53,846 bases of DNA, from the NCBI GenBank assembly GCA_947165755.1, contig CAMVBR010000001.1, forward strand, positions 1 to 53,846, given 5' to 3'. How positions within the stretch are numbered: position 1 is the first letter of the stretch; every line of letters starts with the position of its first letter. Shown piece after piece: positions 9,439 to 17,300 of the stretch. The DNA is from an uncultured Clostridia bacterium. Its GTDB lineage: Bacteria > Bacillota > Clostridia > Oscillospirales > Acutalibacteraceae. Position numbers and translations under genes: made by a program. The notes beneath the pieces are model-generated. The model was not told the DNA's origin and ran no database searches. It saw nothing but the letters and a program-made list of their open reading frames with translations.

Positions 9439-10584
9439 ATGAACCCCGAAACCGCCGTCGTTTATTACGACGATAAAAAAGAGCTGCCCCGGCTGCGCGG
9501 CCTTTATCCGCAGGGGGACTTGCGGTATGTAAAGGACTCGCCCGACGCGACGCGGCTGGCTGCGGACGCCCCCGGTACGGTCGTGTTCGCGCTGGCCAAC
9601 GAAAAGCTGCAGGCCGTTACCGCCCTGTGCCGCAGCCTGCGGGGCGTATCCGTATACGTGATCCCGGGGGGGCTGGGATTTGCCGCCGCTCCGCTGGCGG
9701 TGGACGTTTTCAAGCCCCGGCTCGATTATGTTGAGACCGAAATCACCCGCGTGTGCAACCTGAATTGCCGCGGCTGCTGCGATTATTCCAATCTGGCGCA
9801 GGACGACGAAATCTACTATGATCTCGACCGCTTCACGGCGGATCTCACCCGAATGAAAACGCTCTTTTGGGGCATTGCCAAGATCCGCATCATGGGCGGC
9901 GAGCCGCTGCTGAACCCCCGTGTGGCCGAATACGTTGAAACGGCGCGGCGTATTTTTCCCGACTGCGATCTGCGCGTGGTCACCAACGGGCTGCTGCTGC
10001 CGTCCGTTTCTACCGATACGCTCCGGCGCATCGGCGCCGCGGGATGCAGCTTCGATATTTCCAATTACCCTCCCACGGCGAAAAAGAAAAAAGAGATCCT
10101 TGCCGCGCTGCATTCGGCGGGCGTCTCGTGCAACTTCAGCGTGCCCATGCGTTATTTCTTCCGGAACCTGCGCGTCACCCCGGCGGGATCCCCCGCGCCG
10201 GCTTTCAATAACTGCATTTTCACCCACTGCCATATGCTGGGCAACGGCCGTCTCGCGCCCTGCTCCTTCGCCTTCTGCACCTACCGGTTCAACCGTCGGT
10301 TCGGCGCGGCGTATCCCGAAGACGACCTGTTTGATATCTACGATCCCGCGCTGGACGGTTGGCGCGTGATCGAGGCGTTTTCCGCGCCCCATCCCTTCTG
10401 CCGGTACTGCGGCAGCGGTATCATCCCCATTCGCTGGAAGGGGCACTGCCCTTCGCCGCAGGCCAGGGAAAGCGACTGGCAGATCAAAGATACCTTCATC
10501 AATACCGTGATCGCCCCGCAGCTGCAGTCCGCGGTCAAAAAAACCGCCGTGGCGCTCCGGGCGCAAAACCAGAAAAAAAACTGA
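9439..10584 (+). CDS. Radical SAM enzyme with a Cys-rich C-terminal (SPASM/twitch-like) region
   Basis: CX3CX2C at 9750-9782 (RVCNLNCRGCCDY), then MGGEPLL. C-terminal Cys clusters CIFTHCHMLGNGRLAPCSFAFC and FCRYCGSG. Start placed at MNPETAV (GAGAGG upstream); the track start 9424 is also possible. Confidence 0.85.
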   Translation: MNPETAVVYYDDKKELPRLRGLYPQGDLRYVKDSPDATRLAADAPGTVVFALANEKLQAVTALCRSLRGVSVYVIPGGLGFAAAPLAVDVFKPRLDYVETEITRVCNLNCRGCCDYSNLAQDDEIYYDLDRFTADLTRMKTLFWGIAKIRIMGGEPLLNPRVAEYVETARRIFPDCDLRVVTNGLLLPSVSTDTLRRIGAAGCSFDISNYPPTAKKKKEILAALHSAGVSCNFSVPMRYFFRNLRVTPAGSPAPAFNNCIFTHCHMLGNGRLAPCSFAFCTYRFNRRFGAAYPEDDLFDIYDPALDGWRVIEAFSAPHPFCRYCGSGIIPIRWKGHCPSPQARESDWQIKDTFINTVIAPQLQSAVKKTAVALRAQNQKKN

Positions 10585-10602
10585 GAAACGGAGGGCTCGC
10601 CA

Positions 10603-11556
10603 TTGTCCGCAACGCTCTATTACGTCGTCCCGTGTTATAAAGAAGAGGAAGTTTTGCCCGTTACGGGGCCGGTGTTCGTTGAAAAACTGAAGATCCTGAT
10701 CGAAAAGGGGCTCGTGAGCGAAAACAGCCGCGTTCTGTTTGTGAACGACGGCTCTCCCGACTGCACCTGGCAGCTCATCAAGGACCTGCACGCAAAGGAG
10801 CCTTTGGCGATTGGCATCGACCTCGCAAAAAATTCCGGCGAAAAAAACGCGCTGCTGGCGGGTATGTTTTACGCCGCCGCGCGGGCGGACTGCGTGATCA
10901 CGATCGACAGCGACCTTCAGGACGATATCAACGTTTCCGAAACCATGCTGCAAAAGTATTACGAGGGGAACGACCTTGTGCTGGGCGTGCGCAACGACCG
11001 GGCGGACGATCCTCTCTCCGAGCGTTTTTTCTCCGGCTGTTTTTACCTGATGATGAAGATCTTTCGCACCGGTCAGCAGAACCAGCATTCCAATTTCCGC
11101 CTGATGAGCCGGCGCGCGATCGAAGCGCTGAAGGCTTACGACCATATCCCCTATTTTCTGCCCGCTGTGGCAAGCACCCTGCCCTTCCCGAAGACCACCG
11201 TGGAGCATAAACGGTTCAGAAGGGAAGTAGGAAAATCAAAGTATAATTACAAGAATAAAATCAAGCTGGCTGTGGACGCCGTTCTCGTACACTCCCCGGT
11301 GCTGCCGTGTCTGGCGCTGGCAGGGCTGATCCTGTGCGGTCTCGCCGCGCTGGCGGGCCTGATCCTTACGGTCGTGTACGGCGTGAAATACGGCGAGTTC
11401 TCCGGTTGGGCCTTCGTGCTGCTGTTGGGCGGCGCCCTCGGCGCGCTGGGCTTTGCCGTAGTGGGCGCGTGGCTCACGCAGATGGGGCTTTACATTTCGC
11501 ACGCAAACCGGTACGCTCCGGCGGCCGTGCGTGAAGAAACGGACGGCGGAGAATGA
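10603..11556 (+). CDS. GT2 polyprenyl-phosphate glycosyltransferase (GtrB/ArnC/DPM1-like) with a C-terminal TM pair
   Basis: TTG start after GGAGGG. YYVVPCYKEEEVL, VNDGSPDCT and DSDLQDD (DxD-type), with two hydrophobic helices at the C-terminus, as in GtrB-type enzymes. Confidence 0.85.
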   Translation: MSATLYYVVPCYKEEEVLPVTGPVFVEKLKILIEKGLVSENSRVLFVNDGSPDCTWQLIKDLHAKEPLAIGIDLAKNSGEKNALLAGMFYAAARADCVITIDSDLQDDINVSETMLQKYYEGNDLVLGVRNDRADDPLSERFFSGCFYLMMKIFRTGQQNQHSNFRLMSRRAIEALKAYDHIPYFLPAVASTLPFPKTTVEHKRFRREVGKSKYNYKNKIKLAVDAVLVHSPVLPCLALAGLILCGLAALAGLILTVVYGVKYGEFSGWAFVLLLGGALGALGFAVVGAWLTQMGLYISHANRYAPAAVREETDGGE

Positions 11557-13361
11557 GGCTGCTCAAGCAAAAAAACGGAGATCTTATTTGCGATCTGCTC
11601 GCCGTCGTTTGCGGCGCGGCGCTGTTCACTTATTTATTTGCCACGGCGAACCGCTCCATGGGGCTGCTGGACGAAGCCTTTTACTATACCGTTCCCCAGC
11701 GTATATTGCAGGGGGACCGGTTTTTTATTGACGAATGGCATCTCACCCAGCTCGCCTTTATTTTCAATATCATTCCGTACCGGATCTTTACCGCCGTTTC
11801 CGGCGGCACAGAGGGGCTGATCCTGTTTATGCGGTATTTTTACCTCGGCGTGGATCTGCTGTTTTACGTTTTTATGTATTGCAGGCTGCGCCGGTTCCGT
11901 TTTGCGGGGTTGTGCGGCGCGCTGCTGTTCTGCGGGCTGCTGCCGCAGGGTGTGTGCTCTCTCTGCTATTATACGGTTTCCGCCATGGCGTTCGCCTCCC
12001 TCTGCCTGCTTTTGATGACGGACCCGAAAGAGCGAGGGCCGTTCTCTCTGTTTGTTTGCGGCGTCATCCTGGCTTGCGGGGTGCTGGCCGAGCCGCTGCT
12101 GGTCTTCGTGTTCCTGATCTACGTCGCCGCAACGGCGGTATGCGAATGCATGCGCCGGAAAAGGCCGTTCCTTGAAAATTACGCCTTTCTCCTGAACCGC
12201 AAAAGCTGCCTGTGGATCCTGCTGGGGGCCGCCGCCTCCTTCGCGGCGTTCATGGCGTACCTGCTGTTCTCCGGCACGCTGCGCGCTCTGCCGTCGGCGC
12301 TGCCTTATCTGCGCATGGACGAGCAGTTCACCTCTGCGGGCCTGTTCGATCCCTCCCGGCTGAAAGACGCGCTTCGCTTCTTCGGCGCGCTGCCGCTGGC
12401 GGGGCTCGGCGCAACGCTTGCCGCCGCCGTTTTCTATGCGCTGTCGAAAAAGAAAGATCCTCGGCTCCGTATCGCCGTTTTCGCGGCGGGGTGCCTCTTT
12501 GCCTCCGCCTGCTATATCCGCGCGGCGTACGCGGCCGATTTCCTTCATACCGTGGAGTTCCACGAGGCGCCGGTCCTGCTCTGGGGGCCCGTGCCCTATC
12601 TTTTATGCAAAAAGAGAAACAGCCGCTTCGGCGCGGCGCTCGCTTCGGGGCTCCTGTTCACACTGTTCGTGGATCTCGGCTCCGCAAACGTTCTGGGCAG
12701 CGGAGGCAAGCTCGTGTTTCTGGCGGCGGCGTTGTGTATGCCGGAGCTGTGGAAGGAGCTCCGGGCGGCGTCCGACGAAGGGAAAACGAACAAAAAAAAG
12801 CGGTCCGAAAAGCCGTCGCGTCTCCCCAAAGCCGTCGCCGCGGCCGCGGTGGCGGTGTTCTGCCTGTTTTTTACGGTGTGGAATCTCGGTTTCGTATACA
12901 TAGAGGGCATGCTCAAGCCGCAGGATACGGCCTTCCTCGACGAAGCGGACGCCGGGCAGACGCAGACGCTGACGCGCGGGCCTTATAAGGGGATCGTCAC
13001 CTCGTCGCTGAGCGCCCGGTATTACGAGCTTACGCTGGACGATCTCGACCGGCTCAAGGCGGCGGCCGACGGCGCCCCTGTGGCGGTGCCGGACCGGCTT
13101 CCTTACGCGTATCTTTATCTCGGTTTGCCCTACGCTGCCCATTCCGCATGGGTCGCTGCGTCCTACAACGCCCAGCTGGCCGCCTTCTGGCAAACCCATC
13201 CCGCGCGGCTGCCCGCGTATCTCTACGTGCCTGCCTACAATACCTTCAGCTTTGAACCCATGCCGAAAGAGGAGCTCCTGCAGTGGATCGGGGAAAACCT
13301 TTCCTACCGACTTACGGAGGGCGGCGCGGGGTATATCCTCGAGGTCACGGGAAGACCGTGA
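11553..13361 (+). CDS. Polytopic membrane protein, family member P4 (GT-C-like candidate)
   Basis: 602-aa ORF with an ATGA start/stop overlap with the GT2 gene. Motifs LLDEAFYYTVPQR, FIDEW, GGTEGLILFMRYFY and a C-terminal TEGGAGYILEV. Confidence 0.8.
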   Translation: MRLLKQKNGDLICDLLAVVCGAALFTYLFATANRSMGLLDEAFYYTVPQRILQGDRFFIDEWHLTQLAFIFNIIPYRIFTAVSGGTEGLILFMRYFYLGVDLLFYVFMYCRLRRFRFAGLCGALLFCGLLPQGVCSLCYYTVSAMAFASLCLLLMTDPKERGPFSLFVCGVILACGVLAEPLLVFVFLIYVAATAVCECMRRKRPFLENYAFLLNRKSCLWILLGAAASFAAFMAYLLFSGTLRALPSALPYLRMDEQFTSAGLFDPSRLKDALRFFGALPLAGLGATLAAAVFYALSKKKDPRLRIAVFAAGCLFASACYIRAAYAADFLHTVEFHEAPVLLWGPVPYLLCKKRNSRFGAALASGLLFTLFVDLGSANVLGSGGKLVFLAAALCMPELWKELRAASDEGKTNKKKRSEKPSRLPKAVAAAAVAVFCLFFTVWNLGFVYIEGMLKPQDTAFLDEADAGQTQTLTRGPYKGIVTSSLSARYYELTLDDLDRLKAAADGAPVAVPDRLPYAYLYLGLPYAAHSAWVAASYNAQLAAFWQTHPARLPAYLYVPAYNTFSFEPMPKEELLQWIGENLSYRLTEGGAGYILEVTGRP

Positions 13362-13598
13362 CGGGGCGCAGTTTGTCGCGCCGGAGGCGCGACAGCCGTT
13401 CGCCGTTCGCCGTTCGCATCGGAACCGCACCTGCACGTAAAAAAGGCGAAATACCTCTGTGAACAGGCGCTATACCTGACTTGCTAACAAAAAAAACAAC
13501 CGGTCAGACCGCAATAAACATTGATCCGCCCCTTTGCCGAAAAATCAAACGCGAACGGCGAACGGCGCAAATTTCAGCTTGCCGCAATTGCAACAAAA

Positions 13599-13627
13599 CT
13601 GCCTGCATCCGCGCAGGCAGTTTTTTT
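13599..13627. terminator. Rho-independent terminator, probably bidirectional (between convergent genes)
   Basis: CTGCCTGC (13599-13606), loop ATCCGC, GCAGGCAG (13613-13620), then T7 (13621-13627). AAAA precedes the left arm, so the hairpin also reads as a terminator on the minus strand. Confidence 0.6.
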
Positions 13628-13645
13628 CTTTCTCATGATTCTTTC

Positions 13646-14056
13646 TCATACATCTTCGCGGGCGGCGCGCAGGAACGCTTCCCGGTCGAAAATATAATCG
13701 TCCTCGCTGAAAAACGCGTCCGAGAGCACCGTGAGCACGCAGTCCGGCGAAAAATCGCGCAGGGTGCGCCAGCAGCCCGCCGGGATCAGCAGCCCCCGGT
13801 TCGCTTCGCATAAACGCACGGTGCGGGCGGTTACGCCGTCGCTGAGCTCCACCGTGCAGCTTCCGGCGGCGCAAACGGCAAATTCGTTGTGCTTATAGGC
13901 GTGCTCTCCGCGCACGGCGCCCGCGGGCACGTCGGATATGAAAAATACGCGTTTGACCTCAAACGGGATCTCTTTTCCGCATTCCGCGCAAAGCAGCTTG
14001 CCTCTGGGGTCGGTATGGGGCGCGAGCGGGATCATATGGTCGGGAATCGGTATCAT
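13646..14056 (-). CDS. WxcM/FdtA-like cupin (sugar-nucleotide 3,4-ketoisomerase family)
   Basis: 136-aa ORF with GGAG 8 nt upstream. DPRGKL..E....IPFEVKRVFFISDVP....RGEHAYK, then GLLIPAGCW and DDYI, typical of the FdtA/QdtA-type domain. Confidence 0.75.
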   Translation of the reverse strand: MIPIPDHMIPLAPHTDPRGKLLCAECGKEIPFEVKRVFFISDVPAGAVRGEHAYKHNEFAVCAAGSCTVELSDGVTARTVRLCEANRGLLIPAGCWRTLRDFSPDCVLTVLSDAFFSEDDYIFDREAFLRAAREDV

Positions 14057-14260
14057 GCTGCATCTCCAAAAAATTATTCAATTGTATTTTAGTGAAAACG
14101 GTAAGATTTGTCAAGAAGAAGGGCCGCGCCGGGCCGCAGAAAAAACTTTTTGCCGCTGAAATCAAGAAAGAATGAACTGTGTGTGAACGGCGCCTTTTCT
14201 TTGGTTGGATTTGTCAGTTTTAAATAAACAGAAGTATAAAATTTTGTTGAAAAAGAGGGT

Positions 14261-14289
14261 TTGCAATTTCACAATTCCGTTGCTATAAT
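14261..14289 (+). promoter_or_regulatory. Near-consensus SigA-type promoter for the 1604-aa secreted protein gene
   Basis: TTGCAA (14261-14266), a 17-nt spacer, then TATAAT (14284-14289). Confidence 0.55.
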
Positions 14290-14356
14290 TAATAATGTAT
14301 AAGTGGGGGCATTCTATGCCCTTTATACCCTACCCATAAAACAGGAGGAAGCATTT

Positions 14357-17300
14357 ATGAAAGCATACGGCAAAAAAGCGCTGAGTGTGTTTTTGGCTTT
14401 GCTGATGTGCCTCACCGTAATGGCGCTCGATTTTTCGGCGCTTACGGCGGGCGCGTATACCGCAAGCCCCACGCACTCCTACTATTTCAAAGTCGTCAAC
14501 ACGTGGAAAGACACGTATTATGACGGCGGCGACAGCGGCCGGATCACCGTTTACGGCAAAGACAAAAACGGTACCGGATCGCAGGTCACGCTGTGGAACA
14601 ACTATGACCTCGGCTCCGGATTTGTAGACGGCGGCGAGTCTACGACCAGTACCCGTACCGACGGTTACTGGCCCACGCAGGTTTACGTATCCGCGAACGT
14701 TGACAACAACAATAACATGTTCTACAACCCGCAGGGCGCGAACTTCCGGATCGACCTTTATGTCAGGGATGAGAATTCCGGCACATACAACCGTTACGAG
14801 TTCGCCACCTTCAGCTGGTCCTCCAGCACCGTGTCCGGCGGCGGCGGTACCTCGGGCAAAAATTCCGGCTGGAAAGATTGCCCCAGCGGTCTGTATCCCA
14901 AAGCCACAAAAGTCGCCACCAGCAAAAGCGAAGGCAACGCCGTCAACACCAACGCGGCCAACATCACGCTGAACGCCACCGGCGGCGCCAATAAGACGCT
15001 GAGCCTTTCCGCTTACGTATACGACCAGTATAACGCGATCTGGACCGCCGCGCCCAAGTCGTGGTCGGTTTCCGGTACCGTGGGCGGAGATGCTTCGCTT
15101 TCCACCACCGGAGCGAACGAGAACAATACGCTTACCGTAACGGCAACGAAATACACCCGCGCGAAGGCGAACCTGACGGTAAAGGCCAATTACGACAGCC
15201 TGTATCATCAGTGGACCGTGCCGATCACGCCCACTTATAAAATCACGTATAACGTGAGCGGCAACGGCGGCACCTCTGCCGTACCGGGGCCCGATAACAC
15301 GGCGAACGGCACTGCAAACGCGAACGTGAGCTATACGATCCCGAGCGGCGGCAATTACACCGCCAAAAAAGAGAAGGGCAGCTCTTCCACCGGCACCTGG
15401 ACCTTCGTCGGCTGGAACGGCTCGCAGAGCGCCACCAGCGGCACGAAGCCCGGCAGCGCCATCACGATCGATAACTATAACGATACGCTCTACGCCATCT
15501 TCAGCAAAACCGCCACGGCCACCTTCAATTGGTATAACGCCAGCGGTACGCGCCAGTCGCAGAACGTGACAAGTACGGTTTATAACAACGCCACGCAATA
15601 CAGCTTCGCCGTACCCAGCGTGCCCGCCACCATGACCGCGAACAATACCACGTATACCTTCGCGGGCTGGGCGGTCGACAGCACCACCAAGACCTCGGCG
15701 GATCACGCCAAGACCGAAACCACGGTCAAGCGGAACATTAAAAACGGTAACCTGACGGATACCTATCAGTTCTATGCGCTTTATACTTCCAGCGTAACGC
15801 TTTCCTATAATAATAACGGCGGTTCCGGCTCGCCCGCGAGCCAGACCGGCAATCTGGTGCTGAACTGCGGCGCCAACGCCTCCGCGGCGGCGAACACCAG
15901 CGGCCGCGCCACCTTTACGCTCAACCCGGATAACGTGCGTATGACCCGCAGCTATTCCTCCGATTTCGTCGGCTGGAATACCAGCCAGACGGATGCGCAG
16001 ACGAACGAGAGAGCGACCTATAAAGACGGCACCGTCACCTGGGGCGCCAGCAGCAGCCTGCCCACCACCATCACCATCGCCCAGAATACCACGGTTTACG
16101 CGGCGTATTACGATTTCCGCTACAACGTGAAGTTCTACGATTATAAGGGCACGCTGCTGAACACGCAGACCATCCGTCACAATTATTCCGCCACCGCGCC
16201 CGATATGCCCACGAACGCTTCCGCGCCGAGCCATACGGATTCCGGCAGCCACTACGTGTTCGATCACTGGGAGTATACCGACGGTTCTACTTACAGCAAC
16301 AGCGATAAGCTCAAGAAGCTTGTAAACGGCTATACCTACGAAGTATGGGGCAAATACGTGGGTCATAAGCACATCTGGGGCGAGCCCTACGATTTCGGCG
16401 GCGCCACCACCTGCACCACGGGCCAGACGTATAAGATGCGCTGCACCGTATGCGGCTTTGTGAGAGACTTCGAGGATGAGCCGATCGGCCACGCCTTTGA
16501 GGTAGTAGGCGTTGCCGAGCCCACCTGCACCAAGGCCGGTTCCTACGGCAAGAAGGTGTGCCGGAACTGCGGTGTGCTCGATCCCACTTACTCCGTGGTG
16601 ATCAACGGCGTTGAAACCCTGATTACCGACGAAAACCGTATTATCCCCGCACTGGGCCATGACTACGGCGACGTTAATTTCGATCATCTGACCGATGACG
16701 AAGGCAGCTTCCTTGTGGAACCCATCACGGTTGCCGCAACCTGTACCACCGCCGGGTATTACTACTATGAGTGCGCCCGCTGCGGCGAGAAAGCCCGCGT
16801 CGGCAATATCCCGGCTACCGGTCACGATTGGGACTCCCATGAACAGAAGGATCCCACCTGCACCGAGCCCGGCGAAGAGGCCTACACCGTATGTAAGAAC
16901 TGCGGCCTGTATCTTGAAGGTCATGAAACCGAAGCCCAGCGTGTGCTTCCGGCGCTCGGCCATGATTACAAGCTTGTGGAAGAAACCGATTCCACCTGCA
17001 CCGAAAAGGGCCACTATGCTTATTACGAGTGCGCGCGCTGCGGCGACCTCTTCGATGCCGATAAGGCCCAGATCGATGCCGTTCCCGAAAAGGATCTCGC
17101 GCCGCACGACTATCAGTTCGTCGACCACGTGGATGCCACCTGCACCGAGCCCGGTTACACCGGCGCATGGCTGTGCTCCGTCTGCGGCCAGGCCGATCCT
17201 GATAAGGAAGCCGGCAAAGTGATCCCCGCGCTCGGCCATGATCTGCCCGATACCTGGACGGAAGTTACGGCCGCCACCTGCGCCGCCCCCGGCGAAGAAA

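Noticed and set aside
934-13436. Other long antisense or overlapping ORFs (934-2670, 2783-3880, 9283-11208, 11634-12563, 12603-13436) and short internal ORFs. The same reasoning applies to 42901-44667 on the plus strand.
   Set aside because: They overlap genes with clear motifs on the other strand and have arginine/glycine/proline-rich compositions. I treat them as GC-driven spurious ORFs.
13395-13568. Invertible-promoter (phase-variable switch) interpretation of the inverted repeats
   Set aside because: The element lies between two convergent gene ends, so an invertible promoter would drive nothing obvious. No recombinase gene is visible in the window. I keep it only as a low-interest structural observation.
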